Source: Bdellovibrionales bacterium
GTDB lineage: Bacteria; Bdellovibrionota; Bdellovibrionia; Bdellovibrionales; UBA840
Assembly: GCA_037969075.1 (NCBI GenBank)
Contig: JBBKWS010000024.1
Location: forward strand, 1-33,865
DNA length: 33,865 nt
Direction: 5' to 3'
The translations under genes were made by a program, and so were the position numbers. Positions 8,255-17,654 of this stretch are shown piece by piece. The notes under the pieces were generated by a model that was given only the letters and a program-made list of their open reading frames with translations, searched no databases and had not been told where the DNA came from. The stretch's first letter is position 1. Each line of letters begins with the position of its first letter.

Positions 8255-9373
8255 TTAGTTAATATTTAATTTCTTAGTTGCAGAAACGCGGTGGTCTTCT
8301 ACCTTGTTGCGCTTATGATAGGGGTAGGGTTTTACAAACTTTGATGGGTCCTTAAAGCGCCCATTTTCTTTTACCGCTAAATGTAAATGAGCCTTTGTGC
8401 AATATCCAGTGCAACCAACAGCTGCGATATGTTCACCTGGCTGTACATACTGTCCAGGGGAAACATTGCTCTCTGATAGATGGTTATAAAAGCTCTCTAT
8501 TCCGTTTGAATGCTTAATAACAACATAGTTACCAGCGCCGCGTGTTCTGCCAGTTCTTAACACCTTGCCAGCTGCCACTGAAAACACCGGTGCTCCAGTC
8601 GGCAATTCAAAATCAATTCCCATGTGTGGAATAACTCGCTTTGTGATCGGATGACGCCTTCTTGGTTGAAATATGCTAGAAATATTTAAATATTCTACCG
8701 GGGCATACAAAGGCTTTTTACTAAGTCCAAGCGGATCAATAAACGCGCCACCATTTTTAAAAGTAACAAAGTCTCTTTTGATCAGCTCCCTGTTTACTTC
8801 TAAACTAGTTTGTAGAACTTCGCCGTATTTAATAAAACGATCGCCCAAATATTTCTTCTCGTAAGTTAATGAAAACGGAGAGTTTCGTTGTAGGGTTTTT
8901 CTAAGGTTAAAATCTAAAACATAGGCATTCATAAAGCGTTGTGCAATAGCGGTGCTTGGTACTTTTTGCATAATACTTGCTTGTAGTGAGCCTACAACCT
9001 TACCTTTAGCGCTAAGAGTCCTAACGTTATAATTTAATTCTTCATAAGAAATTTTTGCACTACCTTTTGCTTTTTCGAAAACCAGCGCATTATCACTTTC
9101 TGCTTCAAAAAAAATGACCCAAGTGACAGTTTTATTTTTACTAACGTAGTACTCTTCGTTTGGATAAAGAACAAAGCTGGTTGCCTCTTTGTGTTGCAAG
9201 ATGGTGGTTATATCAGATTTTATCCATCCATTTTCTGTAAGAACTGAGATTAGTGTGTCTCCTACCTTTACAGATTGAAACTTGCCGTTGGCTGGTAGCT
9301 CCAAACTAAAGGCTTGATTTTGTGGGATAAACACGTAAAAACAACAGGTTATGATAAATATTAAGTTCTTCAT
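8255..9373 (-). CDS. M23 family peptidoglycan DD-endopeptidase (MepM-like)
   Basis: RRHPI...HMGID (HxxxD), YNHLS, VGCTG..TKAHLH (HxH) zinc motifs; signal peptide. Confidence 0.93.
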   Translation of the reverse strand: MKNLIFIITCCFYVFIPQNQAFSLELPANGKFQSVKVGDTLISVLTENGWIKSDITTILQHKEATSFVLYPNEEYYVSKNKTVTWVIFFEAESDNALVFEKAKGSAKISYEELNYNVRTLSAKGKVVGSLQASIMQKVPSTAIAQRFMNAYVLDFNLRKTLQRNSPFSLTYEKKYLGDRFIKYGEVLQTSLEVNRELIKRDFVTFKNGGAFIDPLGLSKKPLYAPVEYLNISSIFQPRRRHPITKRVIPHMGIDFELPTGAPVFSVAAGKVLRTGRTRGAGNYVVIKHSNGIESFYNHLSESNVSPGQYVQPGEHIAAVGCTGYCTKAHLHLAVKENGRFKDPSKFVKPYPYHKRNKVEDHRVSATKKLNIN

Positions 9374-10199
9374 ATGCTTACCATTGTATTTGATTACAGC
9401 CCTTTGTGTAGTAAAAAATGCAGAAGCTCAGACCTACGCAGGACCTTTTGCCTCAGGTATGGGAGGAGCCGGTAGAGCAGTGGTTGGTCCTATAGAGGCG
9501 GCATATATGAACCCGGCTCAGCTAGGATTTATTAGTAAAAGTCACATTTATGCTTTTTTTCAAGATGCCGAGATCAGGGGGCAGGATCAAAGAGATCTAG
9601 GAGTGGTAGTTGTTGATACTACTACCAGCGAATTATTTCCTGGCGCTATCACATTTACCGATAAAAAAATAAAAACTGCCGCTGGCGATGTAAAAACTAA
9701 AAACTACGAATTTTCCATTGGTAGAAGAGAGTATGACCGAGTCTCTTTTGGTGCAACTTTTAAAAGACAAGAGTGGAGCGAGCCGACAGACGACGGGGCC
9801 ATTCACGATATTAATCTAGGTGTAACATTTGTTCTAATGAAAGAGCTGGGATTGGCCGTCGTTGCCTATAACATTCTAGAAGACGGTGATGAAAGAGCTC
9901 CAAGAAAGTACGCCATTGGCTCTCATTATATGTGGGACACTTATATGAAGTTTGCCCTAGATTTTGCTTACCAAAAAGAAAGCAATGAAAACCACGGAAT
10001 GGATATAATGGGCGGCGTTGCCCTGCCATTTGCGTATTTTGATGTTTTATTGGGTTATTCCAAGTTATCAGTGATAAATGAGGAGTTTTTTACAACCGGT
10101 TTAGTGTGGAATGGCCCCAGATTGTCTTTGGCGTACTCCTACCAAAATGGATCTAAGGACTCAGTTGTTCATAACATTGACTTTGGCATCTTTTTTTAA
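9351..10199 (+). CDS. Outer-membrane beta-barrel protein (PorV/FadL-like N-terminus)
   Basis: Signal peptide (AEA|Q), GMGGAG..A...NPA motif, alternating beta strands, C-terminal Phe (DFGIFF). Start uncertain. Confidence 0.7.
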   Translation: MINIKFFICLPLYLITALCVVKNAEAQTYAGPFASGMGGAGRAVVGPIEAAYMNPAQLGFISKSHIYAFFQDAEIRGQDQRDLGVVVVDTTTSELFPGAITFTDKKIKTAAGDVKTKNYEFSIGRREYDRVSFGATFKRQEWSEPTDDGAIHDINLGVTFVLMKELGLAVVAYNILEDGDERAPRKYAIGSHYMWDTYMKFALDFAYQKESNENHGMDIMGGVALPFAYFDVLLGYSKLSVINEEFFTTGLVWNGPRLSLAYSYQNGSKDSVVHNIDFGIFF

Positions 10200-10227
10200 T
10201 AATTAAAGTCTTCCTCAAGGAGTTATC

Positions 10228-10359
10228 ATGGGATCAAAATCAAAGAAGTTAGAAACTATTCGCAGAAGAAAGAAAGCTAAGGCGGGTAATAAGCGCAAAG
10301 CTACTAACAGAACTGAAGGCACTACTAAGTCTGCAAAAGACCTATTTCAAGATAAGTAA
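10228..10359 (+). CDS. Small basic protein, 43 aa
   Basis: AAGGAG SD then MGSKSKKLETIRRRKKAKAGNKRKATNRTEGTTKSAKDLFQDK; fills the gap exactly up to the tonB stop; below the ORF track cut-off. Confidence 0.8.
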   Translation: MGSKSKKLETIRRRKKAKAGNKRKATNRTEGTTKSAKDLFQDK

Positions 10360-10360
10360 T

Positions 10361-11200
10361 CTATTTACCGCGTCTTAATTGGCTAGGGGCTTCTTCAGCC
10401 TGACCTGTTAATTTAAAATTATAATTCTTTGTAAACGTTCCGGTTTTGCCGGGGCGATAGCGCCATTTTTCATGGGCCTTTACGGCAGATGCATCTAAGC
10501 CTTCAAATCCTGATGACTGTGTCACTCTTGAGTTAGCGACACTTCCATCCTGTAAAACCTCAAACTGAACGACAGTTACACCTTCTTGCCGACGTAGTCT
10601 TGCCCACATTGGATAATCAGGGTTTTTGTTTCCAGGAACTGCGCTTAAAGCAGAATCAGATTGCACCCCAGAAGATGTGCCGTAAGCCGCTTCATTGTCT
10701 GCGCTTTGTCCATCAACAGGATTTTCTTCTTGAATTTGTTCTTGGATAGCTTCGTCCGCCAAAGGTTTTTCTTGCGAGCTTTCTTGCAAATCCTCATTTG
10801 TTGCGGGTGGCATGTCTTCTTCAGCAACTTCTTCTGTTATAGGTTCAACTATTTCGGGCTCATCTACTTGCGGTTCTTCGGCCGCGACTACTTCGGACTC
10901 GCTGTTTGCATCAGCAACGTTTGCTGGTGGCAAAGCCACAGGTTTTGGCGCGGGCTTCGGCGGTGGAGGCGGAGGGGGAGCGGCCTTTGTTTCTGCAACA
11001 TGATCAGCAACTTGCGAAGTGTCTTCAGTCTGTGAACCTTGTGGAATTGGTGCAGCAGTATAGCTAATCTCTGTTGATGTAACAGTTCCTTCTGGTAGGG
11101 CCATATCAAGACCAGTGTAGACTACGGCGACTGCCAGTAATGTATGTATTAAGATTGAAAGAAAGAAGGCTAGTGAAGATTTTGTATTTTCGTTACTCAT
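10361..11200 (-). CDS. tonB: Energy transducer TonB family protein
   Basis: N-terminal TM with SxxxH (SILIH), Pro/acidic linker, C-terminal PDYP..AR...EG.TVV.F.V..DG......SSG...LD..A.......W.Y.P. Confidence 0.92.
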   Translation of the reverse strand: MSNENTKSSLAFFLSILIHTLLAVAVVYTGLDMALPEGTVTSTEISYTAAPIPQGSQTEDTSQVADHVAETKAAPPPPPPPKPAPKPVALPPANVADANSESEVVAAEEPQVDEPEIVEPITEEVAEEDMPPATNEDLQESSQEKPLADEAIQEQIQEENPVDGQSADNEAAYGTSSGVQSDSALSAVPGNKNPDYPMWARLRRQEGVTVVQFEVLQDGSVANSRVTQSSGFEGLDASAVKAHEKWRYRPGKTGTFTKNYNFKLTGQAEEAPSQLRRGK

Positions 11201-11894
11201 TATTCTCTGCTACCGCTAGGATTGAAGATCTATCAATAGGATTATCAATGATTTGCGTCTGAAAATGAAAAGATTTTTGAAACTTTTTAGAAATCAGTGC
11301 TTCTTTACATGGACCTAGGTCGTGAATACTTTTGTCAGCAAGAAGTAAAAGTTTTGCGGTATCAAATTGCAGTGGCGTTTGAAAGTCATGGGTTGTAACA
11401 AAAATGTATTTGTATTTAGACTTTTGCAAATAATTTACCAGTTGCTTTTGGGCCCACCAATCTAAGTGGTTAAACGGTTCATCAAGAACTAAAGAATCCT
11501 TAGTCTGATTTAAAATGATAGTGATAAGTAGCCTTTGTAGCTCGCCGCTGGATAGCTCTCCGATGCGAGAAGTCGAAGACAGGTCAGCCAGCAACATTTT
11601 TTGGTAAATACTACTTTTTATAAACTCATCCCAACTCAACTCGTAAATTTCGACCACATCTCTTATTTGTAAGTGTGGGTTTATCTGGTAGCTAGTTGGC
11701 AAGTAGGCGGTATTTTCGATATCAGTGATGAGCCCATCAGTTTTTGTCCAACCGGCTAGTAAATGAAGAAGTGTTGTTTTGCCGCGTCCATTTTGCCCCA
11801 CAATAAAATAAAACCCTGGCTCAATAGTAAGGCTTACATTTTCAAAAACTGTATGGCTGCCGTAAGAGAAGCTACATGTTTCTAATTGAATCAT
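11193..11894 (-). CDS. ABC transporter ATP-binding protein (iron chelate/cobalamin type)
   Basis: Walker A GQNGRGKTT, signature LSSGELQR, Walker B LVLDEPFNHLD, H-loop THD. Confidence 0.9.
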   Translation of the reverse strand: MIQLETCSFSYGSHTVFENVSLTIEPGFYFIVGQNGRGKTTLLHLLAGWTKTDGLITDIENTAYLPTSYQINPHLQIRDVVEIYELSWDEFIKSSIYQKMLLADLSSTSRIGELSSGELQRLLITIILNQTKDSLVLDEPFNHLDWWAQKQLVNYLQKSKYKYIFVTTHDFQTPLQFDTAKLLLLADKSIHDLGPCKEALISKKFQKSFHFQTQIIDNPIDRSSILAVAENNE

Positions 11895-12840
11895 TCGGCC
11901 CCCTTACAAGTAAATAGAGTAAAAATGGTGTACCAAAAATGGCGATGATGCCACCAGCAGGAATGTCAGCCATAGGAAAAAGAACCCTAGCTATAATATC
12001 TGAAAGAAGTAATAAAATAGCGCCCATCATTGATGAAAGCGGCAAGATGTATTTATAGCGGACAGTTTTAAATAAATACAAACACAGGTGCGGCGCCATC
12101 AGGCCAACAAATGCAATCACCCCCGCAAGAGTAACGGTAATGGCAGTTAAAATTGAAACTAATAAAATCGCTATGATTCGAGTTTTATTTTTTTTACTAA
12201 AGCTTAAAGAAAGTTTTTCTCCAAGGTGATAATACTCAAGCTCTTTGGATTTGATAGAAAGATAAATATATGAGAAAAAAAATGTCCCCGCCATTAATGG
12301 CCACCACATGTCTCTGTCTTCACCAAACCTTCCCATCAGCCAACGGACTGCCAGTCCAATCTCACTTGGCGCAAGGGCGCTTACACTGATGTAACTTATA
12401 GAGTTACAAAAATAAGACAGTATTACGCCGGCCAAAATAAGACTTCGTTGGCTCCAGCCCCCCAATTTTTTTGCTAACATAAAGATAAAGACAGTAACAA
12501 GTATACAGCAGATGCCGGCTAATATGGGTAAGCTTAACCATAGGGGATAAATTGAAAATAAAATGGCGGCAGAAACACCAACTGATGCTCCGCCAGAAAT
12601 ACCTAGAGTATAAGGTTCGGCTAGAGGGTTTTGTAGTATGCTTTGTAAAAGAAATCCTGACATTCCAAGGGCCATTCCAACAAACGTTATAGATAAGGCC
12701 CTAGGAAGTCTAATTTGGTAAAAAATCACAGAGAAGTTTTTTGAATCCATTAGAGTTTGCAAATCCGTACTGCCCACTAACAGAGAAATGATTACTAAAA
12801 AAACTAAAGCAAAAAATGTGATTAGAAGATTACGTTTCAT
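11872..12840 (-). CDS. FecCD/BtuC family ABC permease
   Basis: IRLPR, QNPLAEPYTLGISGGA, GVIAFVGLMAPH, GTPFLLYLL. Likely start at ATG 12840, overlapping the upstream stop. Confidence 0.93.
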   Translation of the reverse strand: MKRNLLITFFALVFLVIISLLVGSTDLQTLMDSKNFSVIFYQIRLPRALSITFVGMALGMSGFLLQSILQNPLAEPYTLGISGGASVGVSAAILFSIYPLWLSLPILAGICCILVTVFIFMLAKKLGGWSQRSLILAGVILSYFCNSISYISVSALAPSEIGLAVRWLMGRFGEDRDMWWPLMAGTFFFSYIYLSIKSKELEYYHLGEKLSLSFSKKNKTRIIAILLVSILTAITVTLAGVIAFVGLMAPHLCLYLFKTVRYKYILPLSSMMGAILLLLSDIIARVLFPMADIPAGGIIAIFGTPFLLYLLVRGPNDSIRNM

Positions 12841-13861
12841 TTTCACTAAGTAATTTGGCAATATCTTTTCGAAGCTCAGGTATACGGGTCATAGTCATCG
12901 TAGTTCTTAAATAATCTCGCATTGGCTGTAAAGGAAATCCGCCGTAAGCGCCTGGCTTGGAGATATCTTTTGTTACACAACTTATACCGGCAACCTGAAC
13001 CATATCACAAATTTGAATATTGGGCTGTATATGTGTTCCGCCGCCACAAACAAAGTGATGCCCCGTTGTAACATTGTGTGAGATACGAAGACCTGCGGTC
13101 AAAAAACTATGTGGTCCAATGTTGGATTCACTGCCAATAAAAATTCGATTATCTAACTTAGTGCCGGTTTGAATAATGGTTTGGTTGCTAGCGCCTCTTT
13201 CGATTACGTTACCAGCGCCAATTTCGACACGATCTTCAAGGGTAACTCCGCCTTTTGCTGACAATAAGACGCCCTTGGTGTCATAACAATAAGGTTCTGC
13301 TCCTATGGTATTTTGCGATAGTATGCGCACCTGGGATTTGATAATCGTATTAGGACCAATATAGTTATTTGCATCTATATGCGAATTAGCTCCGACAATG
13401 CACGATTCAGCAATGTAAGTGTTAGGCCCGATGCTTGCATTTTTTTCTATATGTACATTGTTTTGTATCACAACATTGGGGCCAATTTTAGCGGATGGAT
13501 CAATAACAACATTGTCACCCATAACAACTGAGGGATGCACACCACTTGCTAAACTAGGGTTTGCCGGGGTATCGAAATAGGCTTGTAGAATTTGGGAAAC
13601 CAGAACATCAGATTTTTTTGCAAAGATATAAACTTTATGTGGATCAATAGTTACTTTTTCTTTTAATTTATCAGAGACAATAATAATATTAGCTTTGGCT
13701 GTAGTGGCTGCAGCAAGAGCCTTATCATTATGTATAAATATAAGAGAATCTTCGGCTGAATGGTTAAATGAAGAAACGGCAGAAAATGTTTTGTTTACAT
13801 CGCCTACTACAGAGGAAATTGCATCTGCAAACTTTAACTGTAACTCACTTATGGATATCAT
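12830..13861 (-). CDS. lpxD: LpxD-like protein B: full length with N-terminal uridine-binding domain, catalytic His absent
   Basis: N-terminal LpxD domain (SLIFIHNDK), hexapeptide repeats, KLDN, VTKDISKPGAYGGFP and C-terminal helix; QIAHN replaced by FIGSE. Confidence 0.8.
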   Translation of the reverse strand: MISISELQLKFADAISSVVGDVNKTFSAVSSFNHSAEDSLIFIHNDKALAAATTAKANIIIVSDKLKEKVTIDPHKVYIFAKKSDVLVSQILQAYFDTPANPSLASGVHPSVVMGDNVVIDPSAKIGPNVVIQNNVHIEKNASIGPNTYIAESCIVGANSHIDANNYIGPNTIIKSQVRILSQNTIGAEPYCYDTKGVLLSAKGGVTLEDRVEIGAGNVIERGASNQTIIQTGTKLDNRIFIGSESNIGPHSFLTAGLRISHNVTTGHHFVCGGGTHIQPNIQICDMVQVAGISCVTKDISKPGAYGGFPLQPMRDYLRTTMTMTRIPELRKDIAKLLSENET

Positions 13862-14580
13862 TTAGCTGATCCTTTTAGATGTAAAACTTTTTTTCTTAAA
13901 TCATATAGCTCTTTAATGCACTCTAGTCGCTCGTCAAGCGTGTCGATTGGCTGATGCGGAAAACCAAAATAGTGACCTGAATTATTCTCAGCATTATTCA
14001 CGGAGGAGCAAGCGTGTAAATGAACTGAATCAGCAACATTTATGTGCCCAGTGATTGCATTCAGCCCATCGGCTTTAAAATTATCTCCAACAGAGGTTGA
14101 GCCTGCAATCATAAAATCACAGTATATGCGAGCATTTTTACCAACAGAAGAGTTGTGCCCGATATGCGAAAAAGGTCCAATGTGTGAATTTTTACCGATC
14201 CTACTAGTGTCAAGTGCAGCGCGGTCGATAAAAGAAGAAGGCCCAAAGTGTACGCCATCATGTAAAACAGCATTGCCGATCTGCGGAATGTAGTGATGTG
14301 TTCCAATAGCATCTGTCGCGTAGCCAAAACCCAGCGAACCTATAGCTGATTGTGGATAAATGTGTACATTGTTGTGTATGCTGCAGCCATTATAAATCAT
14401 TACATGTGGATAAACGATAACGTCAGAACCTAGTTTAGCATCAGCCTCAATAGTTACAAAGGCCATGAGTTTTGTGTTTTCACCAATAACGACATTTTTG
14501 CCAACAAAAGAGTAGGGACCAACACTTACATTGGCTGCTAGTTTAGCTGAGGGATCAACGACCGCCGTTTTATGAATCAT
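13858..14580 (-). CDS. lpxD: LpxD-like protein A: lacks the N-terminal domain, retains the catalytic His
   Basis: Starts directly at IHKTAVVDPSA hexapeptides; GSLGFGY, IPQIG, IDRAA, IGHN, IAGS, TGHI, YFGFP. Confidence 0.8.
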   Translation of the reverse strand: MIHKTAVVDPSAKLAANVSVGPYSFVGKNVVIGENTKLMAFVTIEADAKLGSDVIVYPHVMIYNGCSIHNNVHIYPQSAIGSLGFGYATDAIGTHHYIPQIGNAVLHDGVHFGPSSFIDRAALDTSRIGKNSHIGPFSHIGHNSSVGKNARIYCDFMIAGSTSVGDNFKADGLNAITGHINVADSVHLHACSSVNNAENNSGHYFGFPHQPIDTLDERLECIKELYDLRKKVLHLKGSAK

Positions 14581-14702
14581 GGTATTATTTCTAGCATAGT
14601 TACGGATGTCGGTATAGTTACCTTTTTTGGTATTCTATGTAATTTTAGGGTCTTTGGTTAATGCCCGTTGCCATTACAATGCGTTATGATACTACCTTTT
14701 GG

Positions 14703-15563
14703 ATGAAGCATTACGCACTTCTTGTTTTAGGTACCAGCATCTGGGGCTTTGGCTTTATTGCCGCCAAATGGTCGCTAGAATTGTATGGGCCTTATTGGGC
14801 CAATACATTGCGTTTTTTGATAGCCTGTGCTTTTAGTATTCCTCTGTTTATTCAGCACAAAACATATAGACGAGATTATAAATACTTTATTCCACCGCTG
14901 ATTGCAGGAACCTTGATTTATTTTGGCATGCACTTTCAAACCCTTGGTTTAAATTTTACCAGCGTAGCGAAGTCGGGATTTCTGACAACATTTTATGTAA
15001 TCTTTATTCCACTTTTTGCGATATTGTTTCGAAAAAAAGTATATTCTTTTGCATTTTGGTTTTACGTGTTTATGGCCTTAATTGGCGTGGCTCTTCTTTG
15101 TGAGTTAAAATTTAGTGGTTTCAATATTGGAGATTTTTATACTCTTCTTTGTGCCCTATGTTTTGCGGGTCATATTTTGTATGTTGATACGATTACAAAA
15201 AATTATAATTCGTTTGAATTAAATGGAATGCAGTTTGTGACTGCACTCCTTTGGGGTGTGCCACTTAGTTTTATGATGGAGGGGGGCGTTGATATATCAT
15301 TGATGCTGCTACCAGAAAATTACTTGGCCCTATATGGAATATTGTTTTTAGGAATTTTTTCTTCTGTATTGGCGTTCTCTATTCAATTGATCGCACAAAA
15401 AAAGATAGCGCCACATGTGGCAGGATTCTTCTTTTTACTAGAGTCACCCTTTGCAGCCATCTTTGCCTACTTTGTATTAAGTGAACACCTTGGGCAAATG
15501 CAGATATCTGGATGTTTGCTTATCTTAGTTTCAGTGATAGCTGTACAGAGGCGAGCCTCATAA
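14703..15563 (+). CDS. DMT/EamA family transporter
   Basis: IWGFGF, FQTLGLNFTS..KSGFLT, GD..TL.CA..FA.HI, LESPFA; about 10 TM segments. Start at MKHY chosen; the track starts at 14661. Confidence 0.92.
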   Translation: MKHYALLVLGTSIWGFGFIAAKWSLELYGPYWANTLRFLIACAFSIPLFIQHKTYRRDYKYFIPPLIAGTLIYFGMHFQTLGLNFTSVAKSGFLTTFYVIFIPLFAILFRKKVYSFAFWFYVFMALIGVALLCELKFSGFNIGDFYTLLCALCFAGHILYVDTITKNYNSFELNGMQFVTALLWGVPLSFMMEGGVDISLMLLPENYLALYGILFLGIFSSVLAFSIQLIAQKKIAPHVAGFFFLLESPFAAIFAYFVLSEHLGQMQISGCLLILVSVIAVQRRAS

Positions 15564-15686
15564 GGCAGGATTTACTTTTCACTAAATGTAAATATTTTTT
15601 TGATAAGGTCTAGATCTTTATTTTTTATAACCATTTAATAATCTTCCTTGTCCTATTAATGGGGTCATTTAAATAGGGGAGGATGT

Positions 15687-17204
15687 TTGTTAAAAGTAAT
15701 CCAAATGATTTTATGGTTGGGAACGCTGGTTGTATTTACTGCCTGTGCAGATCAAATAGATTCTATAGGTCAAAATACAGATCAAACTGCGCAGTATATA
15801 GTGGTGTTTAAATCGTCTTCTGACAAAATGCAGATCAGTAGTGCGGACAAGGACATTCAAGTGCAAAGCCAACTTAAGGCCTTGTCAATTGAGTATAACG
15901 TGGTTGAGTCACTTAGCTTCTCTAGGGTGTTAGCGGGTGGAGTGTATCGACTTAATAAAAGTCAGTTAGAAAAAATTAAAAAAGATCCTATGGTTGCCTA
16001 CGTTGAACCAGATTATATTGCCACAATCAACGAGAGCCAGACGAACCCATCTTGGGGTCTGGATCGTATCGATCAAGCTGGTTCAAGTTTAGATAAAACT
16101 TATAGCTATCAAGTCGCAGGAAAAGATGTGAATGCCTATATTATTGATACAGGAATAGTTACGAATCATGTGGATTTTGGATCGCGTGCTGTGAGCGGTT
16201 ATGATGCTGTAGATAATGATAACGACGCGGCTGACTGTAATGGTCACGGAACTCATGTGGCAGGAACAGTTGGCGGAACTAAATACGGGGTGGCAAAAGA
16301 GGTAAATTTAATTGCTGTTCGAGTTCTTGGCTGTTCAGGATCTGGAAGTTATTCGGGAGTTATTAAAGGGATCGAGTGGGTTACTAAAAATCATAAAAAA
16401 CCCGCGGTAGCGAATATGAGTTTGGGCGGTCCTGTATCACAAGCTCTTGAAGATGCAATGAAGGCATCCATACAAGCAGGGGTGACTTATGTTGTGGCTG
16501 CAGGAAATGAAAAAACAGATGCGTGTAACTCTTCTCCTTCAAGATTAGCAGAGGCAATTACTGTTGGAAGTATTGAAAAAAATGACAAGCGGTCAAGTTT
16601 TTCAAACTGGGGAACTTGTTTAGATGTGTTTGCCCCCGGCACAGATATCTTGTCCGCTTGGTACACATCAAGTACAGCAACAAATACAATTAGCGGTACC
16701 TCGATGGCGGCGCCTCATGTGGCTGGCGTTGCAGCGCTAGTGCTGTCAGTCGAGCCAGATCGGTCACCGGCGGAAGTCGCAGATATAATAGTTAAAAATA
16801 GTCTTAGTGATAAGATTTCAGATGTAAAAACGGGCTCACCAAATAAACTTGTAAACACTGAGTTTATTAAACTACCGGTTGTTGACCCACCGGTTGATGA
16901 TGATTCTTTAAAAGTTGGCGATGTGATTGCAGATTTATCTGGGGTAAAAGGTGAGGAGCAATCGTATAAATTAGTGGTTCCTAAAGGGTTGGATCAAATA
17001 GAGGTCATTATATCTGAGGGTAGCGGAGACGCAGATCTTTACGTTAAAATCAACGATGTACCCAGTTTAACAAGTTATAGCTGTAGGCCTTACGCGTGGG
17101 GTAACTTTGAGCGCTGTACGTTTAAAAATCCCAAAGAAGGTACGTACCATATAATGCTACGAGCATATTCGAACTACGGCGGAGTAAAATTAAGCATTCA
17201 GTAA
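15687..17204 (+). CDS. S8 subtilisin (proteinase K/aqualysin-like) lipoprotein with I9 propeptide and C-terminal PPC domain
   Basis: Triad IIDTG, HGTHVAG, GTSMAAPHVAG; SWGLDRIDQ; GDADLYV PPC motif; lipobox FTAC; GGAGG SD before a TTG start. Confidence 0.95.
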   Translation: MLKVIQMILWLGTLVVFTACADQIDSIGQNTDQTAQYIVVFKSSSDKMQISSADKDIQVQSQLKALSIEYNVVESLSFSRVLAGGVYRLNKSQLEKIKKDPMVAYVEPDYIATINESQTNPSWGLDRIDQAGSSLDKTYSYQVAGKDVNAYIIDTGIVTNHVDFGSRAVSGYDAVDNDNDAADCNGHGTHVAGTVGGTKYGVAKEVNLIAVRVLGCSGSGSYSGVIKGIEWVTKNHKKPAVANMSLGGPVSQALEDAMKASIQAGVTYVVAAGNEKTDACNSSPSRLAEAITVGSIEKNDKRSSFSNWGTCLDVFAPGTDILSAWYTSSTATNTISGTSMAAPHVAGVAALVLSVEPDRSPAEVADIIVKNSLSDKISDVKTGSPNKLVNTEFIKLPVVDPPVDDDSLKVGDVIADLSGVKGEEQSYKLVVPKGLDQIEVIISEGSGDADLYVKINDVPSLTSYSCRPYAWGNFERCTFKNPKEGTYHIMLRAYSNYGGVKLSIQ

Positions 17205-17280
17205 TTAGTGGACATAGGTTATGACATGGGCTCAACTTAAACTGTAATTATCATGATATTACGGTACGAGAGGGTGGCCC

Positions 17281-17637
17281 ATGACAAACCTATTATATTA
17301 TATTGCCCCTATAATCGGGCTTACTACACTAGCCATCGGAGTTATGGCTGTACTTCGTCCAAAGCCTATGTCTAAAAAATTTGGCATTTCAGTTGATGGC
17401 GACGCCCTTCCCTATGTTATTGCCACCGGCATACGTGATGTTTTTATGGGGCTCACCATTTTTATTTTATTTTATCTGCAAGAGTGGGTAGCGCTTGGCG
17501 CGATTAATCTGTGTGTTGGGATTGTTGCTATCTCTGATTTTTTAGCTGTTCGAAAGCATGGGGATAAAAAAACATCAATGGTTCATCTTTTTGGAGCAAT
17601 TGCAGTGATTGTGTACGGAGCATGGCTACTTTTATGA
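17281..17637 (+). CDS. DUF4267-like small membrane protein
   Basis: Four hydrophobic segments with FG, GIRD..MG, D and H residues typical of DUF4267. Confidence 0.75.
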   Translation: MTNLLYYIAPIIGLTTLAIGVMAVLRPKPMSKKFGISVDGDALPYVIATGIRDVFMGLTIFILFYLQEWVALGAINLCVGIVAISDFLAVRKHGDKKTSMVHLFGAIAVIVYGAWLLL

Positions 17638-17654
17638 TCAGCTAATATGTTTGG

